Shown here piece by piece: positions 11,420-20,069 of a DNA stretch of 64,000 nt. The notes under the pieces are model-generated. The model saw nothing but the letters and a program-made list of their open reading frames with translations. It was not told the DNA's origin and made no database searches. Both the position numbers and the translations under genes were made by a program. This DNA is from an uncultured Gemmatimonadales bacterium (GTDB lineage Bacteria > Gemmatimonadota > Gemmatimonadetes > Longimicrobiales > Longimicrobiaceae): NCBI GenBank assembly GCA_963716255.1, contig OY970303.1, forward strand, positions 1,280,001 to 1,344,000, written 5' to 3'. Numbering within the stretch: the stretch's first letter is position 1; each line of letters begins with the position of its first letter.

Positions 11420-11935
11420 TCAGGGAAGCGAGTCCTCCAGCGACGGCAGGGGGAGCTGGTGGCGCCGCACCTCCATCTCGGCCCTGCGGGCGTCCAGGTC
11501 CTTGAGCTCGTCGTAGAACTCGGTGAGGTCCTGGAAGTTGCGGTACACCGAGGCGAAGCGGACGTAGGCGATGTGGTCGCGCGTCTTGAGACGCTCCATC
11601 ACCATCTCGCCCAGCTTTCCGCTGGGGACCTCGCCCTCGTCGGAGCGGTCCAGGATGCGCTCGATGTCCTCCAGGATGGAGTCGATGTCCGTGGGGCTCA
11701 CCGGGCGCTTGACGCACGCCAGCTGGACGCTGCGCAGCAGCTTGCGCCGCTCGTACGGCTCCACCTCGCCGTCGCGCTTGCGCACCTGCAGCGGGCGCTC
11801 CTCGATGTATTCGTACGTGGTGAAGCGCCGCCCGCACCGGATGCACTCCCGGCGGCGGCGGACCGCGCGTCCTTCCCGGCTGCTGCGGGAATCGACGACG
11901 CGGTCCTCACTGTGATGGCAGAAAGGACACCGCAT
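11420..11935 (-). CDS. nrdR: Transcriptional repressor NrdR
   Basis: MRCPFC...VVDSR...RRRRECIRCGRRFTTYE Zn-ribbon, ATP cone, AYVRFASVY. Confidence 0.97.
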   Translation of the reverse strand: MRCPFCHHSEDRVVDSRSSREGRAVRRRRECIRCGRRFTTYEYIEERPLQVRKRDGEVEPYERRKLLRSVQLACVKRPVSPTDIDSILEDIERILDRSDEGEVPSGKLGEMVMERLKTRDHIAYVRFASVYRNFQDLTEFYDELKDLDARRAEMEVRRHQLPLPSLEDSLP

Positions 11936-12029
11936 GGCTCTCAAGGTAACGGCGCGCGGGGTTCTCCGACAGCGCGAGAGGCTTCGTACACCGGCGTTTG
12001 TTCCGGGTTGCGGCGGGTTCGTTAAGGGC

Positions 12030-12258
12030 GGGTTAGGGCGTGCCCCCGGCTGGCGCCGGGGTCGGGCTTCGGCTCCGTAGGGCTGCAAACAACGCAGCCC
12101 AACGGAGTCGAGCCCCGGCGGAAACAGCCCCGCCGGGTCTCGCCCCTTCGGGCCGAAATCCCTCACGCGGGGTTCGCGCTGGCGTCCGCGGGGGCCCCCA
12201 CCCGGCTCGCTTAGGCTCGCCACCCTCCCCCGTGCCGGGGGAGGGGCATCTCCACGCT
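12030..12258 (-). repeat. Family B modular hairpin repeat, copy B1 (core 12030-12169) with G/C-rich palindromic extension
   Basis: Minus strand reads GCGTGAGGGATTTC...AGCCCGACCCC...GGGGCACGCCC; extension nearly identical to 54270-54359. Confidence 0.9.
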
Positions 12259-12545
12259 GCGGTCCTCACACTCCGCTGTGTCGTGCTCCTCTCCCTGTCA
12301 GTCCGGGCCGTTGCCGTTCCTGGGATCTGCGCCGGGAGGTCGGGGGAGGGTCCGCAGGCAGTGCGTTTGTTCGAAGCCAGCGTGATCTTGTCCTTCGCTC
12401 GGAGGGTGGGCGAGTTTCGCACTGCCGGAGGAGCCTCCCCCGGCCGACCCCATACTCGGAGTCCGCCGAAGCGCCCCGTCGTTCATCCCCTCATCCGGGC
12501 GCCCGGATGAGCGCCGCCCCCCGGCACGGCAAAGAAAGGGGACCC

Positions 12546-15500
12546 TCAGCGGGTCCCCTCCTCCTTCCTGGGCGTCTCGGCCGGTGGGTTGCGGACGGTT
12601 TCGGCGGCTCCCTGCGGCTGCGGCGCTGGGGGCGGGGCGGGGGCGGCCTGGGCCGCGGCCGCGCGGGCGGCGAGCGAGTCCAGGGCGGTGCTGTCCGGCT
12701 GCGTGCGCCCCCATTCCCAGCGGTGCTGCACGTCCAGCGTCCACTGGTGGTCGGGCCCGGTGTAGAAGGGACGCGTGAACACGTCGCGCCGCACCGCCTC
12801 GCGGGCCAGCCGGGCGCGGGTGCGCTCGTTGATCTGGTAGTCCAGGCCGATGCCGAAGAGCGGGCTCTGCTCCAGCGCCGGGAAGCCGATCTCGGCGGTG
12901 AGGAACAGGTCGTTGCTCAGCTCCCAGCCGAACTCGAAGGTGGGCGCGCTGAGCCCCACCGCGCCCAGCGCGCCGCCGAAGCCGAAGGGCGTGGTGGCCT
13001 CGCCCGGACGCGAGCGGACGCGGACGTAGTCCACCAGCCCGGAGCGCGACAGCTCCTGCTCCAGCTCCGCCGCCACCAGCCCGCCGAACAGCTCCTGCGC
13101 CAGGATCTGCTGGGCGAGCGCCCCCGTGCTCCCGCCCAGCCCGGCGGTGGAGCGCCCGAAGATCAGGTAGCTGAGCAGCTCCGACTCGGGGAGCGGCGGC
13201 CGGGTGTTGGAGCTGAGCCGGAGCGTGGGCGCCTGGAGCGTGCCGCCCACCTGCACCTGCACCTCCAGCACCGACCCGCTCGCCCCCGGGTCCAGCGTGC
13301 GGACCTGGTTGACCGCGACGATGTCCAGCGTGGGGTTGAGGTCCGGCGTCCCGTAGAACTGCACCAGGCCGCGCTCGATGTCGAACTCGCGCCGCAGCGG
13401 GCCCACCCGCAGGGCGTAGGAGCCGCGCACCACCTCCAGGTCGCCGTAGATGCGGGGCTCGGCCCCGGCCCGCGTCACCAGCATGTCGCCGCGGATCTGG
13501 AGCCGCGCGTCCTCCGATTCCAGCCACACCCCCTCGTCCACCACCACCTGCAGCGCCGACACGCGCAGCCCGCCGAAGGCCGCCGCCGGCGACGCGCCGG
13601 CCACCGCGTCCGGGATGGTGTCCGCCCCGATCTCCCCCACCTCCGCGTCCACGATGGCGACCTCGCCGCGCTCCCCGAGCGTGGGGATGCGGATGGTTCC
13701 CTCGTCCAGCGTCAGCCGGCCGGAGAGCGTGGCCTCGGGGAGGCGCCCGGAAAGGGTGAGGTTGGACGACACCTTGAGGGTCGCCAGGTCCTCCCGGTCG
13801 ATCACGTCGAAGCCGTCCGCGACCAGCCGGAGGAGCACGCGCGGCTCCCCGGGCTGGTCCAGGAGGACGCTCCCGGTGAGGCTGGCCGTGCCGTCGCTGC
13901 GGGCGCTCAGCGTGTCGATGCGGATCTCCTCGCCGCGGAGCGCGATGCGCGCGTCGATGTCGGTGAAGCGGCGGTTCAGCGGCACCACGGTGACGGCCGC
14001 GCCGTTCATGGAGGCCCACCCGTTCACCGTGGGGTCGTCCAGCGTCCCCGTGACCACCGCGTCCGCGGACAGCGCCCCCTCCCCCTCCTTCAGGGCCGTG
14101 GGGATCGCGGCCGCCATCAGCCCCAGCGGGACCGAGTCCGCCACCAGGCGGGCGCGGAGCGGCTCCTCCCGCAGCAGCTCGAAGCCGGGAACCGTGCCGC
14201 CCAGCGAGATCAGCATGGGGAGCGCGGCCTCCACCGTGAGGATGTCCTGCCCGGCCATGCGCAGCCGGGCGTTCCCCACCAGTTGCCGCCCGGTGTAGCG
14301 ACCGTCGATCGCCACCCGCTCCGTGGTGACCCCGCCGTAGCTCAGCGAGTCCACTGAGCCCGTGATGGTCATCTCCGGCGAGCCCACCGGGCCGGAGAGC
14401 ACCGCGCTCAGGTTGAGCACGCCGCCCACGTCCGGCGCCGCCGTGGTGATGCGGCGCAGGTCGGCCAGCTCCACCCCGGCCAGGTTGAGCCGCAGGTCGG
14501 TGGTCCCGGTGGGGGGGAGGCGGCCATCCAGCTCGATGACCCCGCCCCGCCCGCCGGTGCGGCGCAGCGCCAGCCGCTCCACCTCGATCCCCTGCACCCC
14601 GCCCCACACGATGCGCGAGGGCTGCATCAGCTGCCACGAGGCGTCGCCCAGCCGCATGCCGAGCGACTGCAGCTCCACCCCGCGCAGCTCGCGTCCCTCC
14701 AGCGCCAGCGTCCCCGCCGCCGACAGGTCGCTCGCCCCGTCGCGCCGGGCGAACACCCCGAAGGTGGCCAGCCCGGGGGCGGCGTTCAGCTCCAGGCGCA
14801 GGTTCTGGAACTCCTCGCGCCCGGCCAGCAGCACCTCGTCCGCCTGCAGGTTGCCGAAGCCGCGCCACCCCTGCGGCCCCAGCGAGCCCTGCGCCCGCAG
14901 GGCCAGCGTCCCGGCGCGCCAGGTGCCGTAGCGCAGCCCGCTCCCGCTCCCCGCAAGGTCGAAGGCGGGGCTGCGGAAGGTGCCGGAGACCGTCCCGTCC
15001 AGCGCCACAGAGCCGGCCAGGTCGGGCGGGGCCATCCCGGCGCGGGCCAGCATCGGCGCGAAGGTGGCCAGGTCGCGGGCGGCCAGCGAGATGCGCAGGG
15101 GCTCCGCCGCGGGACGGGTGAGCCCCCACGCGCCCGACGCGGCCACCCGCGCGCCGCGGAAGCTCGCCTCCAGCGTGTCCACCTGCAGGATGCCGCCGCG
15201 CGCGGCCAGGCGCACCGTGGCCGCGTCCAGCGGCTGCCCCGCCAGGGTGGAGGACTGCGCCGTCAGGTCCACGCTCCCCTCGAAAGTTTCCGGGGTGGTC
15301 CCCCGCCCCTCCACCCGCAGCGCGGCCGTCAGGCTCCCCGCCGGCATCCCCCGCCCGCCGGGGAGCTCCGCGGGGTTCACCCCCGCCACCCGCCCGGTGA
15401 CGAAGTAGGAGGGGACCTCGCCGGGGCGGAACCACCCCTCCAGGTCCAGCAGCCCCACCGGGCCGCGCAGGTCCACGTCGAAGCGGTACGGCTGCCGCCC

Positions 15501-17567
15501 GCCCCCGCTGAGCGTGATGGGCCCGGTGAGCGGCGAGTTGAACAGCCCGGGGCGCCCCAGCACCGTCCCCAGGCGGAAGTCCGCCACCCGGCCGGCCACG
15601 TCGAACTGCATCCCGTCGCCGGGGTCGCGCACCCGCCCGCCCAGGTCGAAGGTGCCGCCCTGGTGCGCCAGGTCAACGTCGAAGCGGAAGTCCGCCGCGC
15701 TCCCCCGCGCCGCGAAGGTGCCGCTCAGCGGCCCCTGCACCGGGCTGGAGGCGGCGAGGAGCACCCCGGAGCGGAACGCCTCCACCTGGCCGGTCACGTC
15801 GAAGCGGAGGGTCTCGCCGGGGAGCACGGTGCCGCGCGCGGCCAGGCGCCCGGCGGCGCCCTGGAAGTCCAGGTCGAAGGCGGCGCGCCCGGCGGTGCCG
15901 GACACGCGGAAGGGACCGCTCAGCGTCGCCGCCTGGAAGGGGAGCTGGGGGAACAGCTCCGTGAGCGTGGCGAGCGCCAGCGGCGCGGCGCGGCCCGTGA
16001 CCTCGTAGCGAAGCGCGGGGCTGGTGGAAAAGCGCGCCTCCAGGTCGGCCACCCGAGTGGGCGGGGCGTCGCCCACCTCGTACGCCAGCGTGCCGCCCGT
16101 CACTCGCAGGTCGGCCGGGGTGCCGCTGGCCATCGCGGTGCCGCGCAGCATCCCGCGCAGCAGCCCCGCCTGCGCCGTGTCGCCCATCATCGGCGCGAGC
16201 GCGGCCAGGTACACCGGCCGCGCCTCGATGCGCACCCCGTCCAGCCGGAAGGGCGCCGCGCCGCCCACCGCGACGTTCCCCGCGGCCGCCACCACCGAGG
16301 GCTCGCCGCCGGCGCCGCGCGGCCGGAAGCTGGCCGCCAGGTCGATGCGCAGCGCCCCCGGGCGCCCCTGCTCCAGCACGTCCAGGCTGGCCACCGTGCC
16401 GCGGACCGTGCCGTCGTACGGGATCTCCGCGAAGCCCAGCTGGTTGACGGTGGCGAAGTCCAGCGGGTCCAGCAGCAGCCGCGTGTCCGAGAACGCCCAG
16501 GGGCGCCCGCCGCCGCCCGTCGCCGCGAAGCGCCCGGAGATGCGCGACTCCGGGGTGGTGACGGCCGCGTCCGGCGAGCGCAGCGACATGCGCCCGTCGG
16601 GGAGCGACCCCACGTCCAGCGTGAACGCGGCGCGCCCCCCCTCCGGGACGCCGAAGCCCAGCCCGCGCAGGTCGCGGAAGTCCAGCGGCGCGGCGCGCAG
16701 CCGCGCGTCCCACAGGATCCCGCTCTCCGCCAGCCGGAAGGCGCCCTCCCCGGCGAAGGTGGAGAAGGGGGTGCGCAGCGCCTCCAGGTCGAAGCGGTAG
16801 CGGTCCGTCGCCACCTGCTCGATCCAGCCGCGCAGCTGCGCCACGCGCGTGTCGGGGTTGGACACCTCGGCCGTCAGCTCCGACACGTCCGCGCGCCACC
16901 CCTGCGTGCCTCCCACCCGCAGGGAAGACAGGCGCGCGTCCACGTCACGCGCCCGGCGCACCAGCATCGTCCGCCCGCCCATGCGCACCAGCGGCGGCCC
17001 CCCGCGCGAAGCGAAGCGCGCCGGGAGCGAGTCGCCCGGCTGCACCCCGGTGGCGATCATCACCCGGCCGTCCGTGAGCCGCACGTCGCGGAAGAGGAGC
17101 GGGCGGGAGGCATCGTCCAGCGTGTCCGCCCCCGCGGCGAAGCGCACCTCGGCGCCGTCCGCCTCCACCCGCAGCGCCTGCGTCAGGTTCCACTCCCCGT
17201 CCGGCCTCTCCACAAGCCGCAGGTACGGCTCCTCCACGTCCAGCCGGTCGAAGCGGATGGGCCCGGTGCCGCCCAGCGCGTCCGCGCGGAAGGTGAGGCG
17301 CGCGGTGGGGGCGTACAGGATGGTGTCGCGGGCGGGGTCCAGCACGGCCAGGCGCCGCAGCAGCACGCGCATGGTCCCGTCCTCCGACACCTTCTCCAGC
17401 TCGAAGGCCGAGCGGGGGAGACGAAGCCGGTTCTGCACCTGGAGCGCCGCCTCGTCCAGCGCCGCCTCGCGCACGTACACCCGGAACCCCACCCACAGCA
17501 GCAGGAGCCCGATCAGGGCGCCCGCCAGGGCGAGCCCGGCCCGCTGTGGAGGCGTGAGCCGCGCCAT
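12546..17567 (-). CDS. tamB: Translocation/assembly module TamB-like protein (AsmA-like, C-terminal DUF490)
   Basis: 1673 aa, N-terminal TM anchor, beta-taco-like repeats, C-terminal NPTLDIVA...GTLQAP...LSYLIFG; translationally coupled to an Omp85 gene. Confidence 0.85.
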   Translation of the reverse strand: MARLTPPQRAGLALAGALIGLLLLWVGFRVYVREAALDEAALQVQNRLRLPRSAFELEKVSEDGTMRVLLRRLAVLDPARDTILYAPTARLTFRADALGGTGPIRFDRLDVEEPYLRLVERPDGEWNLTQALRVEADGAEVRFAAGADTLDDASRPLLFRDVRLTDGRVMIATGVQPGDSLPARFASRGGPPLVRMGGRTMLVRRARDVDARLSSLRVGGTQGWRADVSELTAEVSNPDTRVAQLRGWIEQVATDRYRFDLEALRTPFSTFAGEGAFRLAESGILWDARLRAAPLDFRDLRGLGFGVPEGGRAAFTLDVGSLPDGRMSLRSPDAAVTTPESRISGRFAATGGGGRPWAFSDTRLLLDPLDFATVNQLGFAEIPYDGTVRGTVASLDVLEQGRPGALRIDLAASFRPRGAGGEPSVVAAAGNVAVGGAAPFRLDGVRIEARPVYLAALAPMMGDTAQAGLLRGMLRGTAMASGTPADLRVTGGTLAYEVGDAPPTRVADLEARFSTSPALRYEVTGRAAPLALATLTELFPQLPFQAATLSGPFRVSGTAGRAAFDLDFQGAAGRLAARGTVLPGETLRFDVTGQVEAFRSGVLLAASSPVQGPLSGTFAARGSAADFRFDVDLAHQGGTFDLGGRVRDPGDGMQFDVAGRVADFRLGTVLGRPGLFNSPLTGPITLSGGGRQPYRFDVDLRGPVGLLDLEGWFRPGEVPSYFVTGRVAGVNPAELPGGRGMPAGSLTAALRVEGRGTTPETFEGSVDLTAQSSTLAGQPLDAATVRLAARGGILQVDTLEASFRGARVAASGAWGLTRPAAEPLRISLAARDLATFAPMLARAGMAPPDLAGSVALDGTVSGTFRSPAFDLAGSGSGLRYGTWRAGTLALRAQGSLGPQGWRGFGNLQADEVLLAGREEFQNLRLELNAAPGLATFGVFARRDGASDLSAAGTLALEGRELRGVELQSLGMRLGDASWQLMQPSRIVWGGVQGIEVERLALRRTGGRGGVIELDGRLPPTGTTDLRLNLAGVELADLRRITTAAPDVGGVLNLSAVLSGPVGSPEMTITGSVDSLSYGGVTTERVAIDGRYTGRQLVGNARLRMAGQDILTVEAALPMLISLGGTVPGFELLREEPLRARLVADSVPLGLMAAAIPTALKEGEGALSADAVVTGTLDDPTVNGWASMNGAAVTVVPLNRRFTDIDARIALRGEEIRIDTLSARSDGTASLTGSVLLDQPGEPRVLLRLVADGFDVIDREDLATLKVSSNLTLSGRLPEATLSGRLTLDEGTIRIPTLGERGEVAIVDAEVGEIGADTIPDAVAGASPAAAFGGLRVSALQVVVDEGVWLESEDARLQIRGDMLVTRAGAEPRIYGDLEVVRGSYALRVGPLRREFDIERGLVQFYGTPDLNPTLDIVAVNQVRTLDPGASGSVLEVQVQVGGTLQAPTLRLSSNTRPPLPESELLSYLIFGRSTAGLGGSTGALAQQILAQELFGGLVAAELEQELSRSGLVDYVRVRSRPGEATTPFGFGGALGAVGLSAPTFEFGWELSNDLFLTAEIGFPALEQSPLFGIGLDYQINERTRARLAREAVRRDVFTRPFYTGPDHQWTLDVQHRWEWGRTQPDSTALDSLAARAAAAQAAPAPPPAPQPQGAAETVRNPPAETPRKEEGTR

Positions 17568-19732
17568 CAGAACGCCTGTCCCACCGCGATGTAGAACACG
17601 AACCGCCGCCGGAACTTGTCCCCGGGGTCGTAGTCGCGCACCAGCGTCACCGGGTCGCCCTCTTCCGTGAAGCGGATCAGCGGGCCCACCGGGTCGGGGT
17701 ACGGGTTGTAGGCGGCGTCCACGCGGATGGGACCCACGGGGGTGAGGACGCGGAGCCCCAGCCCCGGGGTGAAGCGGAACCGGGACTCACCCACCAGCGT
17801 GTCGCTGGGGCTGGTCCACACCCGCCCGCCGTCCACGAACGCGGCGATGCGCAGGTTCTCGCTGAAGAACGGCGAGGGCATGCGCAGCTCCGCCGAGGTC
17901 ACCAGCATCCGGGTCCCCCCGATCCCAGCGGGGGTCGTGTCGCGCTGCGTCTCGTCCTCGCCCACGTCGCCGCGGCGGGGGGTGTCCAGGTACACGCGCG
18001 GCCCCAGCCCGTTGCGGCGGAACCCGCGCACGCTGTTGGGGCCGCCCGCGTAGAACTTCCGGTCCGGCGGGATGTACCCCTGGCTCCCCACCACCCCCTC
18101 CAGGAACGTCCCCCCCTGGAGCCGCCCGGCGAGGACCCACCCCTCGCGCACCTGGCGGTACGCCGTGGCGTCGCCGAAGAGGCGCAGGTAGCGGTCGTCC
18201 GAGGCGAGGAACTGCGTCGCCCAGTCGGCGCTGCCGCGCACCTGGTATCCGCCCACCGGGTACACGTCCGAGCGGGTGCGGTCGCGCACCATGGAGAGCG
18301 TGAAGAAGTTGGACCAGCGGCTCTCCTGAAGGGTGTCGATCGCCTCCCGGGTGCACACCTCCAGCGAGAAGCAGAAGAAGATGGGCTCGGCCAGGGTGGA
18401 GCCGCGGTTCACGTTGACCGCCGCGGTGGCGAGCGTCTTGGTCGCGACCTCGCGGATCACCGCCAGCCGCCCGCCGCTGGAGGTGCGCAGGTAGGTTTCC
18501 AGCTCGGAGATGCGCTCGGTGTACAGGTTGAGCGTGGTGCTGGTCTGCGTCCCGAACAGGCGCGGCTGCACGAAGTCCGCGGCCACGCGGTAGTTGAGCA
18601 CGTTGCCCAGCGTGTCGTCCTGGAGCGCCTTGCACAGGTTGTTCTGGAAGCCGGCGTCCAGCGGCTCGCCCGCGCCCACCTTGGACACCGACCCCGACAG
18701 CTCCAGCGTGCGCCCGCCTCCCAGGAAGTTGCGGTCCAGGCGCCGCGCCTCCGTCCGCAGGCAGTCGATGGTACCGTATCCCCCGGCGACCTCGGCCAGG
18801 TACTGCGGCGCCTCCACCACGCGCACCAGCACGGTGGCGCTCGAGCTGTCCGGGTTGAGCTGCAGCGAGTCCGGCGCGAGCTCCACCGCGGCGAAGTTCA
18901 CGATCTGGAAGTCGTACAGGTTGCGCTGGCTCCGGGCCAGCTCGGAGGGGCGGAGCACGTCGCCGGCCCGGATGCTGAGCTGGCGCCGCGCCGTGCGCTG
19001 GCTCAGCCGAGCCGCGCCCACGACCACCACCGAGTCCACGTGCACCAGCGGCCCCGGCACCGCCTCGTAGCGCACGCGGGCCAGGTCGGCGATGGTGTCC
19101 AGGTCGTAGTTGCGGAGCACCTGCGAGTAGGCGTAGCCGCTTTCCAGCAGCCGGCCGCGGATGGTGTCGGCGGCGGCGAGGAAGCCGTTGCGCCGGAAGG
19201 GGCCGCCGCGCTCGATGGGGAGACGGGGGACGAGCACGTCCGCCCCCACGATCCCCTCCGTCCCCACCACCTCCAGCGAGTCCACCCGCACCAGGTCGCC
19301 CGGGACGATGCCGAAGCGCACCGCCACCGCGTCCTCCCCCACGTTCTCCACCGTGGGTGTGACCCGTGTCCCGTAGTAGCCGTGGTCGCGGTGCACCAGC
19401 TGGATGCGGGCGACGTCCTGCTGCAGGTCGTTCAGGTCCAGCCGGTTGGTTGCCCGCCCGATCCCGAAGAGGCAGACCGGTAGCCCCAGCGACTTGCAGC
19501 TGCTGGGCCGGGTGGAGAGCACCGCGTGCAGGGTGTCGTGGGGAACCACCTGCTCCCCGGCGAAGTCCACGCTCCGCACCTCCTTGCCCGCGAACTCGGC
19601 CAGCCCGGGGTACGGCCCGGTCTGCGGCACGTTGGGCGCGCACGCGGCGAGCGCCGCCGCCGCGCACGCGGCTGCCAGGCGCGCGGCGCGGCGGAGGCGC
19701 GCGGGGAGGCTCGGGTCGGGACGGTTCGGCAT
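17567..19732 (-). CDS. tamA: BamA/TamA (Omp85) family outer-membrane protein with lipoprotein signal
   Basis: POTRA-like domains, FYAGGPNSVRGF, GLRVLTPVGPIRVD, C-terminal GQAF; lipobox ALAAC. Confidence 0.85.
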   Translation of the reverse strand: MPNRPDPSLPARLRRAARLAAACAAAALAACAPNVPQTGPYPGLAEFAGKEVRSVDFAGEQVVPHDTLHAVLSTRPSSCKSLGLPVCLFGIGRATNRLDLNDLQQDVARIQLVHRDHGYYGTRVTPTVENVGEDAVAVRFGIVPGDLVRVDSLEVVGTEGIVGADVLVPRLPIERGGPFRRNGFLAAADTIRGRLLESGYAYSQVLRNYDLDTIADLARVRYEAVPGPLVHVDSVVVVGAARLSQRTARRQLSIRAGDVLRPSELARSQRNLYDFQIVNFAAVELAPDSLQLNPDSSSATVLVRVVEAPQYLAEVAGGYGTIDCLRTEARRLDRNFLGGGRTLELSGSVSKVGAGEPLDAGFQNNLCKALQDDTLGNVLNYRVAADFVQPRLFGTQTSTTLNLYTERISELETYLRTSSGGRLAVIREVATKTLATAAVNVNRGSTLAEPIFFCFSLEVCTREAIDTLQESRWSNFFTLSMVRDRTRSDVYPVGGYQVRGSADWATQFLASDDRYLRLFGDATAYRQVREGWVLAGRLQGGTFLEGVVGSQGYIPPDRKFYAGGPNSVRGFRRNGLGPRVYLDTPRRGDVGEDETQRDTTPAGIGGTRMLVTSAELRMPSPFFSENLRIAAFVDGGRVWTSPSDTLVGESRFRFTPGLGLRVLTPVGPIRVDAAYNPYPDPVGPLIRFTEEGDPVTLVRDYDPGDKFRRRFVFYIAVGQAF

Positions 19733-19911
19733 GCGCGAAGGAACGCGTGGATCAGGCGCGGCGCCCTCTTCCCGGCGCGCCGGGGGGCAAGCACCGGAGC
19801 GTGGGCCCGCGGAACGGAACATGGGTGCGCTGGAGCCGCGGCGGAAACAGATGCCAGCCAGAATCACCTGGGGTCGCGCATCTAGCGTGCCAGTTGACGG
19901 CGGGAAGCGCC

Positions 19912-20049
19912 GGGTTCGGGCGTGCCCCTCGCTGGCGCTCGGGTCGGGCTGCGGCTCCGTAGGCGAGCAAACGACGCTCGCCAACGGAGGCGAGCCCCGC
20001 GGAAACTACCCCGCGGGTCTCGCCGCTTCGCGCTCGCATCCCTCACGCG
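19912..20049 (-). repeat. Family B repeat, copy B2
   Basis: Same architecture as B1 with different but complementary stems. Confidence 0.88.
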
Positions 20050-20069
20050 GGCATCGCGCTTCGTCCGCG

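Noticed and set aside
2277..11505. Very long plus-strand ORFs (1277 aa, 1855 aa) and similar ones elsewhere (19404-23021, 54647-58279, 46396-49260)
   Set aside because: Antisense or frame-shifted shadows of clear genes; R/G/A/P-rich with no motifs, expected at this GC content.
11936..12223. ORF-track N-terminal extensions of nrdR (also tamA, PBP1A, higB, cls, mltD and the 35876 lipoprotein)
   Set aside because: They read through intergenic repeats or neighbouring genes; family homology begins at downstream starts.
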